Source: Myxococcales bacterium
Lineage (GTDB): Bacteria > Myxococcota_A > Polyangia > Nannocystales > Nannocystaceae
Assembly: GCA_020633295.1 (NCBI GenBank)
Contig: JACKDW010000001.1
Span: forward strand, 1,341,828-1,405,827
Direction of reading: 5' to 3'
Length of the DNA stretch: 64,000 nt
Of the stretch, positions 11,811 through 22,367 are shown one piece after another (position 1 is the first letter of the stretch; every line of letters begins with the position of its first letter). Below the pieces are notes generated by a model that was given only the letters and a program-made list of their open reading frames with translations, made no database searches and was not told the origin of the DNA. Both the position numbers and the translations under genes were made by a program.

Positions 11811-13811
11811 ATGCGAACGTCCTGGGCGCCCCGCTCCCGCTCCCCGCTCCCTCGACCGCGCCGCGCGCCCGCGCTCGCGCTCGCGCTCACGCTCGCGGCC
11901 CCGCTGCCGGGCTGCAAGAAGTCCACGCCGCCCCCCGAGACCCCGCTCTACATCGAGGAGGCGCCGGATCCCGACGACCGCGTCAACGCCGCGCTCGCGT
12001 TCCGCGGCGTGCGCGTGTTCGACGGAGAACAAGTCCTCGAGGACATGACCGTGCTCGTCGGCGAGACCGGCCTCATCCTCGACATCGCGACCAGCAAGCA
12101 GATCGGCGTGCCCGACGGCGTCGAGCTGATCGAGGGCGTCGGCTACACGCTGCTGCCCGGGCTGATCGACGCGCACACCCACACGATGGGCCGCGAGTCG
12201 CTGCGCCAGGCGGCCGTGTTCGGCGTCACGACCGAGCTCGACATGTTCGCCGACCCGAACTGGGTCGCCGGCGCGCGCGAGCGCGAGCAGGCCGGCAAGA
12301 GCCCCGACCTCGCCGACCTGCGCTCGGCCGGCGTGCTCGCGACCGCGCCCGGCGGCCACGGGACCGAGTACGGCGTCGACATCCCGACCATCTCGTCGCC
12401 GGGCGAGGCCGAGGCCTTCGTCGCCGCGCGCGTCGCCGAGGGCGCCGACTACATCAAGATCGTCTACGACGACGGCGCGGCGCTGGGACTCGAGTTCCCG
12501 ACGATCGACGCAGACACGCTCAAGGCGCTGATCGACGCCGCGCACGCCCAGCGCCGCCTCGCGATCGTCCACATCGGCTCGCAGGAGGGCGCGATCGCGG
12601 CGCTCGAGGCCGGCGCCGACGGCCTCGCGCACATCTTCTTCGACACCCCGCCGTCCCCGGAGCTCCTCGCCGCCGCGACCCGGCGCGAGGGCGGCCCCGC
12701 GTTCGTCACCGACACGCTCGCGGTCTGTCACGCGCTGCGCGGCCCGGAGCTCGGCGCGGCTCTGGCCGCCGACGCGCGCCTGCGGCCGCTGCTCGCCCCC
12801 GTCGAGCTGCGCACGCTCAGCGCCGCGGCGCAGGTCACCGACGCGACCCGATCACGGCTTCACTGCGAGCACGCCGCCGCGGCCGTCAAGGCGCTGCACG
12901 AGGCCGGCGCCCCGGTGCTCGCGAGCACCGACGTGCCCAACGGCGGCATGCTCCACGGGCTCTCGCTCCACGGCGAGCTCGAGCTGCTCGTACAGGCAGG
13001 TCTGAGCCCGACCGACGCGCTCGCGGCCGCGACCTCGCGCCCCGCCAAGGCGTTCGGCCTCGCGGACCGCGGCCGGATCGCGCCGGGGCTGCGCGCCGAC
13101 CTGCTGCTCGTCGAGGGCGACCCGACCCGCGACATCACGGCGACGCGCGACATCGTCGCGGTCTACAAGCAGGGCCGCGCGATCGACCGCGCCGCCTACC
13201 AGGTCAAGATCATGCAGCTGCACGCGGCCGCCAAGCGCCAGCGAAACGCCCCGCCGCCCCCCGGCGCCGGCCCTGGCCTCATCAGCGACTTCGACGACGG
13301 CGCGCTCACGACCGCCTTCGGCGCTGGATGGCAGCCGTCGACCGACGCGCTGCGCGGCGGCGCCTCGACGGTCGAGCTCACGGTCTCGCGCAAGGGCGCC
13401 CGCAGCAAGCACGCGCTCGACATCACCGGCACGATCGACGCGGGCCTCGGCGCGCTCGCCTGGGCCGGCGCGATGTTCTCGCCCGGGCCCAAGCCGATGC
13501 AGCCCGCCAACCTCTCGGGGCGCACCCACGTCAGCTTCTGGGCGCGCGGCGACGCCGGGGCGATCGTCGTCATGGCCTTCGCCACCCAGCTCGGCCCCGT
13601 GCCAGCCCGCGTCGAGGTCCCGCTCGAGGGCGGCGGCTCGCAGTGGAAGCGCTACACCGTCTCCTTCGAACAGCTCGGGATCGAGCCCTACGATCTGCTC
13701 GGGCTGTACTTCGGCGCGCCCGCCAAGCCCGGGCCGTTCACCCTGCGCATCGACGACGTCCGCCTCGAGCCCGCGGTCGAGGAGACCGCGCCCGCCAGCG
13801 CGCCGGAGTAA
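11811..13811 (+). CDS. Secreted/lipoprotein amidohydrolase-family protein with C-terminal beta-rich domain
   Basis: Signal peptide with lipobox ([12 protein letters not shown]); metal-dependent hydrolase motif GLIDAHTHT; about 200-aa C-terminal extension. The ORF-track entry 10125..13811 is a read-through extension of the same frame. Confidence 0.8.
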   Translation: MRTSWAPRSRSPLPRPRRAPALALALTLAAPLPGCKKSTPPPETPLYIEEAPDPDDRVNAALAFRGVRVFDGEQVLEDMTVLVGETGLILDIATSKQIGVPDGVELIEGVGYTLLPGLIDAHTHTMGRESLRQAAVFGVTTELDMFADPNWVAGAREREQAGKSPDLADLRSAGVLATAPGGHGTEYGVDIPTISSPGEAEAFVAARVAEGADYIKIVYDDGAALGLEFPTIDADTLKALIDAAHAQRRLAIVHIGSQEGAIAALEAGADGLAHIFFDTPPSPELLAAATRREGGPAFVTDTLAVCHALRGPELGAALAADARLRPLLAPVELRTLSAAAQVTDATRSRLHCEHAAAAVKALHEAGAPVLASTDVPNGGMLHGLSLHGELELLVQAGLSPTDALAAATSRPAKAFGLADRGRIAPGLRADLLLVEGDPTRDITATRDIVAVYKQGRAIDRAAYQVKIMQLHAAAKRQRNAPPPPGAGPGLISDFDDGALTTAFGAGWQPSTDALRGGASTVELTVSRKGARSKHALDITGTIDAGLGALAWAGAMFSPGPKPMQPANLSGRTHVSFWARGDAGAIVVMAFATQLGPVPARVEVPLEGGGSQWKRYTVSFEQLGIEPYDLLGLYFGAPAKPGPFTLRIDDVRLEPAVEETAPASAPE

Positions 13812-14022
13812 CGCGAGGCGACGGGCGAGCCCCGCACACGAAGTCCACAGCGCTCGAACGAGCCCGGAGCGCGCCCCGGATCGAGCAGCTCCCGACGTCG
13901 ACGAGAACGCTCGCGCGCCCCCAGGCGCGCGGAGGGGGGCCCGGTAAAGCTTTCGCGCCGCGCGGGCGCGTCGCGCGACCGCGCAGGTTGACGCGGGCGC
14001 CGCCGTGGGCCTTGATCGTCGC

Positions 14023-15181
14023 CATGCTCCCCCGCGCCCGAACGCTCCGCACGCTCTCCGCTCACCTCGCCCTGTTCACCGCCACCTGCGCCGGGACGAT
14101 CGCGTGCGACGCGATGCTCGGCGGCTCCGGGAACGTCAACACCAACGTCCAGGGTGTCAGCAAGGACAGCCTCGTCGGCGCGGTCAAGGGCGCCGCCTGC
14201 CCCGAGCTCGTCAGCGGCGCGAACGCGCTGCAGGGCAAGTTCACCGCCGACGCCAAGGCGAACGCGACGATCGGCGCGTTCATCCAGGCCTCCAAGGACT
14301 TCGAGGCCGCCGCGAACCAAGCCAACATCGAGCTGTCCAACACGTGCAAGAAGATGGGCGCCGACCTCGGCGTCCCGGCCGATCAGATGAAGCCCGCTGA
14401 CGGCCCCGGGGGCGCGAGCAAGGGCGCGTGCGCGGCGGTCTCCGCCAAGATCCAGTCGATCCTCTCGGGCGGCGTGCAGATCAAGGTCGACGCCCAGCCC
14501 CCGCGCTGCCAGGTCAACGCCAACGCGCAGGCCCAGTGCGAGGGTCACTGCGGCGCCAAGCTGACGCCCGCCGAGATCGTCGCCAAGTGTGAGCCCGGCA
14601 AGATCTCCGGGACATGTCAGGGCACCTGCTCTGGCCGCTGCGAGGGCACCTGCAACGGCAAGTGCGAGGGCCAGTGCACCGCCAAGGACGCCCAGGGCAA
14701 CTGCACGGGCGAGTGCAGCGGCACCTGCACCGGGCAGTGCAGCGCGACCTGCCACGCCAAGTGCGAGGGCGAGTGGCAGGCGCCGCGCTGCGAGGGCGAG
14801 TTCAAGGGCCCCAAGGCCGAGGTCGACTGCCGCGCGAGCTGCAAGGCGAGCGCCGAGTTCAAGGCGCAGTGCACCAAGCCCAGCCTGAACATTCAGACAT
14901 CTGGGAACGCCGCGGCGCTCGCCAAGCTCTCCGCGACGCTCAAGGCCAACCTCCCCGCGCTGCTCGCCGTGCAGTTCAAGCTCGCGAAGCAGATGGCCGG
15001 CGACGTAAAGACGCTCGCGCGGCTCTCGGGCGAGCTCAAGGGCGAGCTCAAGGGCGCGGGCGGCAAGGCGATCGCGTGCGTCACCGGGGCCGCGACCGCG
15101 ATCGTGAGCGCGTCCGCCAGCGTCAAGGTCTCGGTCGAGGCCAGCGCGAGCGTCAGCGGCAAGGTCGGCGCCAAGGTCTAG
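14023..15181 (+). CDS. Secreted cysteine-rich repeat protein (hypothetical)
   Basis: Signal peptide MLPRARTLRTLSAHLALFTATCAG; run of CxxxC repeats (GTCQGTCSGRCEGTCNGKCEGQCT...CTGECSGTCTGQCSATCHAKCEGEW). Start coordinate may be off by one. Confidence 0.6.
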
Positions 15182-15262
15182 GGCCGTCGCCCGCCCGCGG
15201 GAGCGCGCGCGAGGCCAGCGCGAGCGTCCGCGGCACGGTCGGCGGTATACAACACAGAACAT

Positions 15263-15288
15263 CGCGCGCCCGCGCAGGTGGGCGCGCG
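15263..15288. terminator. GC-rich hairpin (9-bp stem CGCGCGCCC / GGGCGCGCG, 8-nt loop) between convergent genes
   Basis: Read directly; it lies between the stop of the Cys-rich gene (15181) and the stop of the halogenase gene (15320, minus strand). Confidence 0.4.
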
Positions 15289-15319
15289 AGGTCGTCTACA
15301 CGCGCGAGCGCGACGCAGG

Positions 15320-16765
15320 TCAGCTCGCCGGGTCGTCGCCCGCGGACCGCTCAGCGCCCGCGGACCGCTCGGCGCCCGCGAGCTCCTCCGCCTCGTCCAT
15401 GATCGCGCCGAACACCGCCTCCGCGTCGTAGCCGCAGGTCGCGGTGTCGTAGCTCGTGTTCTTGACCACGAGCTTCTTGTAGCGCTCGTAGGTCTTCGGC
15501 TTCTGCAGCAGCTCGATGAACTCCAGGTACTTCTTGTGGTTGGCGAAGAAGTCGCCCGCGAGCAGGTAGTGCCCGGCCGCGAGCGCGTCCTTGTGCTCCT
15601 CGTGCAGCAGGTTCGCCGCGCCGCCCGCCTGCGCGAAGTTGATGGAGACGGGGTTGTAGAACAGGTGGATCGCGCGGTCGACGAGCTTGTACGCGCCGTT
15701 AATCTCGGCGTACGCGGCGTCGATCGCCGCGCGCCCGGCCTCCGCGCCCTCGCGGAGCTGCACGCCGACCGCCCCGGCGACGAGCTGCGCGCTCTTGATC
15801 GAGAGGTACACGCCGCTGGCGAGGATCGGATCGATGAACGCCGCCGCGTCGCCGACGATCGCGTAGCGGTCGCCGTACTTGCTCTCGGAGTAGTACGAGT
15901 AGTTGCCGTTGAACGCGAGCGGCATCGCGACGCGCGCGTCCTTGATGACCCTGGCGACGAAGGGCGACGACAGGAGCTCCTGCCGGTACAGCGCCTCCTG
16001 CCAGTCCTCGACGCCCTGCTCCTGGAGCTTCGCCTTCTGCTCGCGGATGTAGCCGTGGTTGAGCACGCAGCCGATGCTGATGCGCCCGCGCGCGACCGGG
16101 ATCACCCAGATCCAGCCCTTCTTCTCGCCGCCGAGGTAGACGATCTGCAGGAGCCCCTCGTCGATGCCGCCGGCCATGTCCGCGCCGAGCCAGTGGGTCG
16201 AGAGCGCCGCGCGATCGAGGTCGCGGTGCGGCCGCTTCGTCCGCAGGCGCCCGGCGAGGAAGGTGTCGCGCCCGGTCGCGTCGACGAAGAAGCGCGCCTC
16301 GTGCTCGCGCGCGACGCCCTCGTCGTCGACCGAGCGCACGAGCACGCCGCCGCCCTCGCGCTCGAGCTCGACCTCCGTGACCTTGGTCCGCTGGCGCACC
16401 GCGACGCCGAGCCGGCTCGAGTTCTCGAGCAGCACGTTGTCGAACTCGGCGCGGCGGACGTGGAACGAGAGCGCCTCCGGGCCCTTGATCACATGACCAA
16501 AGCACCATGTCGTTTGAGACCGGCCGTCGACGTCGACGAAGCGGACGCCGGGCTTGCGCACGAAGCGGCGCTCGAGCCGCTCCATCACGCCGAGCTCGCG
16601 CAGGATCGGGTAGCAGAACGGCAGCAGCGACTCGCCGACGTGCTCGCGGGGGAACTGCGCCTTCTCCAGCAGGGTCACCTTGTGGCCCGCCTTCGCGAGG
16701 TAGGAGGCGGTGGTAGACCCGGCGGGGCCGCCCCCGGCGATGACGACGTCGACTTGCTCTCTCAT
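15320..16765 (-). CDS. Flavin-dependent halogenase (tryptophan halogenase family)
   Basis: GGGPAGS dinucleotide-binding motif and the diagnostic WxWxIP motif (GWIWVIPV); C-terminal AGAERSAGAERSAG tandem repeat. Confidence 0.8.
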   Translation of the reverse strand: MREQVDVVIAGGGPAGSTTASYLAKAGHKVTLLEKAQFPREHVGESLLPFCYPILRELGVMERLERRFVRKPGVRFVDVDGRSQTTWCFGHVIKGPEALSFHVRRAEFDNVLLENSSRLGVAVRQRTKVTEVELEREGGGVLVRSVDDEGVAREHEARFFVDATGRDTFLAGRLRTKRPHRDLDRAALSTHWLGADMAGGIDEGLLQIVYLGGEKKGWIWVIPVARGRISIGCVLNHGYIREQKAKLQEQGVEDWQEALYRQELLSSPFVARVIKDARVAMPLAFNGNYSYYSESKYGDRYAIVGDAAAFIDPILASGVYLSIKSAQLVAGAVGVQLREGAEAGRAAIDAAYAEINGAYKLVDRAIHLFYNPVSINFAQAGGAANLLHEEHKDALAAGHYLLAGDFFANHKKYLEFIELLQKPKTYERYKKLVVKNTSYDTATCGYDAEAVFGAIMDEAEELAGAERSAGAERSAGDDPAS

Positions 16766-17178
16766 ATCCGCTCCTCGCGGCGCGCGACGCTACCCGTGCG
16801 CGAGACCAGTCTAGAGTGTCCTAATATTTATGTACATTTGTTAATGTCGCGACAGCGCGCGCGCGCGCGGGCCGTCGCGGCGCGCGAGGCGATCGAGCCC
16901 GCGCGTCGCGGCCGCCTCGCGCCGCGGTCGCTCACGCGCGCCAGTTCACGGGCGCGCCGTCGCGCCGCCAGCGTTCGCCCTCGAGGCCGCACGCGCGGCA
17001 GCGCAGGCGCTCGAGGCCAGGCAGCGGCGAGCACGCCCGCGCCGTCACCGTCACGCCCTCGATCCAGACGTCACGCGCGCGCGCAGCGCGGGCAGCTCAG
17101 CGCGCCGTCGCGGCGCGCGTCGGCGGGCGGCTCGCCCGCGCTCACTCGCCCGCCCCTCGCTGCGGAACGGGTCGTCGC

Positions 17179-17319
17179 TCACCCGCGCGAGCGGCCCTGA
17201 CGGCGCGCCGCCTCGGTCAGCACGTAGACGATCTGCGCGTTGACGCTGCGCAGCTCGTCGGCGGCCCAGCGCTCCAGCGCCGCGTGCAGCCGCGGGTCGA
17301 GCCGAAGGAAAACGTTTCT
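17179..17319 (-). pseudogene. Ribbon-helix-helix (Arc/CopG-type) small DNA-binding protein, apparently frameshifted after codon 7
   Basis: ATG-initiated MTQKKRF, then the RHH fold continues in the +1 frame: [47 protein letters not shown] run (GTTTTCC) sits at the switch; removing one T gives a clean 46-aa RHH protein. Confidence 0.4.
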
Positions 17320-17427
17320 TTTGGGTCATGTTGAAGACCTCGCGTGCGCGCCGACGCGCGCGGCGGCGGGCGGACGCGCCGCGCGACCGCGAGCGCGCCC
17401 GCGGCGGCGGCGAGCCGGCGCCGCACG

Positions 17428-18312
17428 TCAGTAGACCGTGCCCGTGTTGATCACCGGCTGCGCCTCGTGGTCCGCGACGAGCGCGACGAGCAGGTTGTTG
17501 ACCATCATCGCCTTGCGGTCGTTGTCGAGCTCGACGACGCCGTACTCGCTGAGCTGCTCGATGCCCATCTTGACCATCCCGACGGCGCCCTCGACGATCT
17601 CGCGGCGCGCGGCGACGATCGCCTGGGCCTGCTGACGCCGCAGCATCGCCTGGGCGATCTCGGTCGCGTACGCGAGGTGGGAGAGCCGCGCCTCGATCAC
17701 CTCGACGCCCGCGACCTCGAGGCGCTCCTGGATCTCGTCGCGCAGCGCCTTGCTGACGACGTCCGTGTCGCCGCGCAGCGACACCTCGTCGTCGTGGGGA
17801 TCGTAGGGGTACTGCGTCGCCACGTGGCGGATCGCGGTCTCCGTCTGGATCGCGACGAAGCCGGTGTACTTGTCGACGTCGAACAGCGCGCGCGCCGAGT
17901 CGGTCACGCGCCACACGACGACCGTCGCGATCTCGATCGGGTTGCCGCGCGCGTCGTTGACCTTGAGCGTGTCGCTGTTGAAGTTGCGCACGCGCAGGCT
18001 GACGGTCTGCCGCGCGGCGAAGGGGTTGGCCCAGAAGAAGCCGGCGGTTCGCACGGAGCCGATGTAGCGACCGAAGAACACCAGGACCTTGGCCTCGTTC
18101 GGCTGGACGATGAAGAACCCGCCGGTGAGGAACAGGCTCCCGATGAGCACGGCCACGGGCGTGATGATGGCGAAGGGGTCCGGATGGTTGACATCCATCG
18201 CCATCGCGTTGGTCACGAGGAGGTAGATGCCTCCCCCCAGGAGCGCCAAAAACCCCAACAGGGCGAGAAACCCGTTGATCGACAGCGCCTTGGATTCACG
18301 GATCGACTGCAT
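17428..18312 (-). CDS. SPFH/band-7 (stomatin/prohibitin-like) membrane protein
   Basis: N-terminal TM helix; SPFH-domain similarity ([30 protein letters not shown] ... VVWRVTD). Confidence 0.85.
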   Translation of the reverse strand: MQSIRESKALSINGFLALLGFLALLGGGIYLLVTNAMAMDVNHPDPFAIITPVAVLIGSLFLTGGFFIVQPNEAKVLVFFGRYIGSVRTAGFFWANPFAARQTVSLRVRNFNSDTLKVNDARGNPIEIATVVVWRVTDSARALFDVDKYTGFVAIQTETAIRHVATQYPYDPHDDEVSLRGDTDVVSKALRDEIQERLEVAGVEVIEARLSHLAYATEIAQAMLRRQQAQAIVAARREIVEGAVGMVKMGIEQLSEYGVVELDNDRKAMMVNNLLVALVADHEAQPVINTGTVY

Positions 18313-18441
18313 GAAGGCAGGATGACCTCAAAGTGATATCATTTTGACATTGAAACTCCGGCAATTTATGCGGATCACGCGCGAATCCGAGCCAGGGCGT
18401 CGATCGCCAGGTCGCCGCGGCGCGGCTACGATGGACGCCCG

Positions 18442-18732
18442 GTGCCACCCAACGCGCCACCCAACGCGCCACCCAACGCGCCACCCAACGGTCCTCCCAA
18501 CGCTCCCGAGCGCCCCGACGACGGCGCCGCCGTGCTGCTGTGGCTGCCGCTGGGCATGTTCTTGGTGTTCGGGCTCGCGTTCGCGGGCTGGCTGCTCACG
18601 CGTCCCGCCGCCCCCGAGCAGCTCGAGGGGCTCGAGCCGCTCCCGCCGCTGTCGACGACGCCGCGCGCTCCGGCCACGAGACGCGCGCCCGCGCAGCCTG
18701 TCCCGAAGTCGGCGCCGGCCCGCGAGCCGTGA
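18442..18732 (+). CDS. Possible small membrane protein with N-terminal (PPNA)n repeat (low confidence)
   Basis: GTG start; 12-nt tandem repeat CCAACGCGCCAC x4 at 18444-18491; predicted TM helix AAVLLWLPLGMFLVFGLAFAGWLLT. Could be non-coding. Confidence 0.3.
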   Translation: MPPNAPPNAPPNAPPNGPPNAPERPDDGAAVLLWLPLGMFLVFGLAFAGWLLTRPAAPEQLEGLEPLPPLSTTPRAPATRRAPAQPVPKSAPAREP

Positions 18733-18743
18733 GCGCCCACGTC

Positions 18744-19227
18744 AGCCCGCGAGGCGCTTGTGCATCTCCACGCACTCGAGCACGTCGCCGCTGCGCAGCG
18801 CGTGGGAGCACCGGCGCCGCTCGACGTAGCCGCGCGCGGCGTAGAACGGCGCCGCGTTGAGCGACGCGGACAGCCGCAGCGCACGGACGCCGCGCGCGAG
18901 CGCGTCGCGCTCGACCGCCGCGAGCAGCTGACGACCGACGCCGCGCCGCGCCCACGCGGGCGCGACGTACACCGCCCGCACCTCGTCGCCCTGCCACGCC
19001 GAGAAGCCGACGATCTCGCGACCGCGCGCGGCCGCGAACATCACCTCGCCGCCGGCGAGCGCCTGCCGGTAGCGATCGGGCGTCTTGCCCTGGGTCCACG
19101 CGTCGATCTGCGCGGGCGTGTAGCTCACCGACGCGAGCCCGCGGATCGACGCGACGTGCACCGCCGCGATCCCGGGCGCGTCGTCGGCGGACGCGCGCCG
19201 GATCACGATGTCATCCGGATCGCTCAC
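18744..19227 (-). CDS. GNAT-family N-acetyltransferase
   Basis: GNAT-family motifs (RRGVGRQLL, FYAARGY). Confidence 0.8.
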
Positions 19228-20366
19228 AGCGGCAGCTCCTCGCCGGTCCGCGCGACCGCGAAGCCGCGCGACTCGAGCTCGCGTCGCGCGGGGCTCGCGG
19301 GATCGAGCGCCGGGTTCGAGTGGTTGAGGTGAACGAAGCGCACGCGCAGCCGCCCCGACGCCACGCGCGACGCGAGCAGCTCCATCGTCTCCGTCATCAG
19401 CGGGTGCCCGATCTTCGCGAGGTCGCGACCGGGCAGCTCATCCCCCGAGTAGAACGAGCCGTCGACGAGCGCGACATCGACCGCGTCGAACAGCGCGCGC
19501 GGGTCGTTGTCCGCGGGCCAGCGCGCCCACGGATCGCAGTCGGGGAGATACAGGACGCGCGCGCGCGGACCCTCGATCCGGTACGCGAGCGTGTCCGCGT
19601 ACTCATCTCGGTGGGGCACGGAGAGCGCCGTCACGTACACGTCATCGCCCAGCGCCACGCGCTCGCCCGCGGCGATCGGCGCGAGCGCGAGGTTCTCGAG
19701 CGCGACGAGCTGGGCCCACGGCGCGTGCTTCGTCAGGAACGCGCCCATCGCCGGGCTCGCGTGCACCGTCAAGCGCGACGTGTGGATCGCTTCGAAGCCG
19801 AAGAACGCGAGCCCCAGGTAGTGCCCGATGTGCGCGTGCGTCAGCAGCACGCCGTCGACCGGGTGACGATCGACGCCCCCGCGCGCGGCCCCCTGCCCGC
19901 GCGCGCCGACGTCCGCGAGCATGTCGAGCTGCGCGCGCAGATCCGGGGTCGCGTCGACGAGCAGCGTGCGCGACGGCAGCACGAGCCCGAGGCTCGCCAC
20001 GTACTCGCGCCGCGACGGCAGCTCGCGGGCCGCCTGGCACCGAGGACAGGTACAAGCCGCGTGCGGGATGCCGCCGTCCTGCGCGATCCCGAGGACGCGG
20101 ACGCGCGCGCCCGTGACCGCGGCCGAGGCCGAGGCCGATTCCGCGGCCGGCGAGGCCGAGGACGCCGACCGCGGCGCGACGTCCTGAGGCGGCCGCCCCC
20201 CGCGAGCGTCGGCGGACGCGACGTCCACCGCTGGCGACGCGCAGGCGAAGAGCGCGAGCGCGGCGAGCGAGACCAGCGCGCGCCGTTTTGCGCTGCGGGC
20301 GTGCTCGCGGGCGCCGCGGATCGCCGGTCCGCCCGGCGACACGTGAGCTCGCGCGCGCCGAGTCAC
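19224..20366 (-). CDS. PqqB-like metallo-beta-lactamase-fold protein with signal peptide
   Basis: RVLGIAQDGGIPHAACTCPRCQ resembles the PqqB N-terminal motif (LGSAAGGGxPQWNCxCxxC); HAHIGHYLG MBL motif. It overlaps the GNAT gene by 4 nt; no pqqACDE genes are seen nearby. Confidence 0.7.
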   Translation of the reverse strand: MTRRARAHVSPGGPAIRGAREHARSAKRRALVSLAALALFACASPAVDVASADARGGRPPQDVAPRSASSASPAAESASASAAVTGARVRVLGIAQDGGIPHAACTCPRCQAARELPSRREYVASLGLVLPSRTLLVDATPDLRAQLDMLADVGARGQGAARGGVDRHPVDGVLLTHAHIGHYLGLAFFGFEAIHTSRLTVHASPAMGAFLTKHAPWAQLVALENLALAPIAAGERVALGDDVYVTALSVPHRDEYADTLAYRIEGPRARVLYLPDCDPWARWPADNDPRALFDAVDVALVDGSFYSGDELPGRDLAKIGHPLMTETMELLASRVASGRLRVRFVHLNHSNPALDPASPARRELESRGFAVARTGEELPL

Positions 20367-20791
20367 GGTCCGTCACCGGACGGACGGGTGATCTTCCCGT
20401 CCTCGCGCCCGTCCGCGCGATCGAGCTCTCGCATGATCACCGTCAAGGTCTGGCGATCGATCGCCCCCTGATTCTCCATGTACATCAATAGCCCCTCGAG
20501 CAGCAGCTCGAGGCGATCGACGCGGCGATTGGCGGCCTCCAGCGCCTGCGCGACCCGCTGCAGCGTCTCGCCGTCGAGCTCGGTGTTGAGCTGCAGCGTG
20601 CGAATGTCACGGCGTTGCTTCCAGTCGTCGTCGAGGATGTAGTCCCAAAGCGCCACGTCGCCATCGTACCCGACCCAAACAGCCACGTGCGCCGCGCACA
20701 ACCGCACCGGCGCGGCGCTTGCCGTCGCCGCCGCGATCAGCGACGATCGCGGCGGCCCCATGACGACGCACTCGCCCGATGAACTCCGCAC
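20363..20791 (-). CDS. Hypothetical protein (true start may be internal)
   Basis: Real-looking C-terminal two-thirds (WDYILDDDWKQRRDIRTLQLNTELDGETLQRVAQALEAANRRV); overlaps the pqqB-like start by 4 nt, suggesting an operon. Confidence 0.4.
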   Translation of the reverse strand: MRSSSGECVVMGPPRSSLIAAATASAAPVRLCAAHVAVWVGYDGDVALWDYILDDDWKQRRDIRTLQLNTELDGETLQRVAQALEAANRRVDRLELLLEGLLMYMENQGAIDRQTLTVIMRELDRADGREDGKITRPSGDGP

Positions 20792-21683
20792 GCCGGAGGA
20801 GCGCTTCGCCTCGCTCCCCGACTTCCCCTGGGCCCCGCGCTACCTCGAATTCTCCGGAGAGGCGCCGTCGGGGCTGCGGCTCCACTACCTCGACGAGGGG
20901 CCGCGAGACGCCGAGCACACCTTCCTGTGTCTGCACGGGCAGCCGACCTGGTCGTTTCTGTACCGCAAGATGATCCCGGTGTTCCTCGAGGCCGGGCAGC
21001 GCGTCGTCGCGCCTGACTTCTTCGGCTTCGGCCGCTCGGACAAGCCCGGCGATCCGGAGCGCTACACCTTCGACTTTCACCGCCAGACCATCATCAGCCT
21101 GATCGCGCAGCTCGACCTGCAGAACATCACGCTCGTGTGCCAGGACTGGGGCGGCCTCATCGGCCTCACGATCCCGATGGACATCCCCGAACGCTTCGCG
21201 CGGCTGCTCGTCATGAACACGGGCCTGGCCGTGGGCGTCGACCCGGGCGAGGGCTTCCAGGCCTGGAAGGCCTACAACGCCGCGAACCCGGACCTGCCGA
21301 TCGCCAACCTCATGAAGCGCGCCGTGCCCGGGATCTCGCCCGAGGAGGCCGCCGCCTACGAAGCGCCCTTCCCCGACGTCCGCTACAAGGCCGGCGTCCA
21401 GCGCTTCCCCGAGATCGTCCCGGTGACGCCCGACATGCCTGGCGCCGCGCTGTCGCGGCGCGCCGCCGAGTGGTTCTCGACCAAGTGGAACGGCCCGACG
21501 TTCATGGCCGTCGGCGAGCTCGATCCTGTCCTCGGCCCGCCCTCCATGAAGGCGCTGCGCGCCGTCATCCGCGGCTGCCCCGAGCCGATGATGCTCCCGA
21601 ACGCCGGTCACTTCGTGCAGGAAGCCGGCGAGCCCGTCGCCCGCGCCGCGCTCGAGGCCTTCGCGGCCCACCCCGCGCGCTGA
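20760..21683 (+). CDS. dhaA: Haloalkane dehalogenase (alpha/beta-hydrolase, HLD family)
   Basis: HGQPTWSFLYRKMIP, FFGFGRSDKP, QDWGG nucleophile elbow, and the overall length and order of dehalogenase motifs. Confidence 0.85.
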   Translation: MTTHSPDELRTPEERFASLPDFPWAPRYLEFSGEAPSGLRLHYLDEGPRDAEHTFLCLHGQPTWSFLYRKMIPVFLEAGQRVVAPDFFGFGRSDKPGDPERYTFDFHRQTIISLIAQLDLQNITLVCQDWGGLIGLTIPMDIPERFARLLVMNTGLAVGVDPGEGFQAWKAYNAANPDLPIANLMKRAVPGISPEEAAAYEAPFPDVRYKAGVQRFPEIVPVTPDMPGAALSRRAAEWFSTKWNGPTFMAVGELDPVLGPPSMKALRAVIRGCPEPMMLPNAGHFVQEAGEPVARAALEAFAAHPAR

Positions 21684-21782
21684 CGACCCGCTCGCCAGGA
21701 TTGCGCGCGCCTCCCCGAAGTCGCCGCGGTACAACCGTGCGCGAAAACGCGCACCCGATTTCCGCGCGTAGAGGAGGACGCA

Positions 21783-22271
21783 ATGGCCAAACCTGCGAAG
21801 GCCCCCGTGCCCGAGGGCATGCACACCATCACCCCGCACCTGTGGTTCAACGGCGAAGCCGCAGCGGCGCTCGATCTGTACCAGCGCGCGTTCGGGGCCG
21901 AGGTCGTCGGCGATGTCGCCAAGGGACCCGACGGCAAGAGCGTCATGCACGCGATGCTGCGCTTCGGCACCTCACACGTCATGATCGCCGACGCGTGGCC
22001 CGGGAACTGGGAGCGCGGCCCCACGGACGCCGCGACCGCCGGCCTCTGGGTCTACGTCAACGACTGCGACGCGCTGTTTCGCCGCGCCGCGGCGGCGGGC
22101 TGCGAGGTCACGATGCCCGTCGCCGACATGTTCTGGGGCGACCGAATGGGCAAGCTCAAGGACCCCTACGGGCACACCTGGGCGATCGCGACCCACAAGG
22201 AGGTCCTGACCCCGGAGGAGATCCACGAGCGCGAGCAGGCCTGGCTGCGCTCGATGCAGGGCGGCGGCTGA
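21783..22271 (+). CDS. VOC/glyoxalase-family protein (PhnB-like)
   Basis: HLWFNGEAAAALDLYQRAFGAEV and DPYGHTWAIATHKE are typical of PhnB/glyoxalase-fold proteins. Confidence 0.8.
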   Translation: MAKPAKAPVPEGMHTITPHLWFNGEAAAALDLYQRAFGAEVVGDVAKGPDGKSVMHAMLRFGTSHVMIADAWPGNWERGPTDAATAGLWVYVNDCDALFRRAAAAGCEVTMPVADMFWGDRMGKLKDPYGHTWAIATHKEVLTPEEIHEREQAWLRSMQGGG

Positions 22272-22367
22272 GCGCCGCCCGGCGATGACCACGAGCGAGC
22301 GCGGCGCCCCGCGACTGCGGCGCGCCGCGCCGGTTCACGCCGTCGCGTTCAACGCATGACCATTCGG

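Noticed and set aside
13688-17200. ORFs 13688..15262 (-) and 15278..17200 (+) overlapping the Cys-rich gene and the halogenase.
   Set aside because: Shadow ORFs opposite genes with strong motif support (CxxxC repeats; WxWxIP halogenase).
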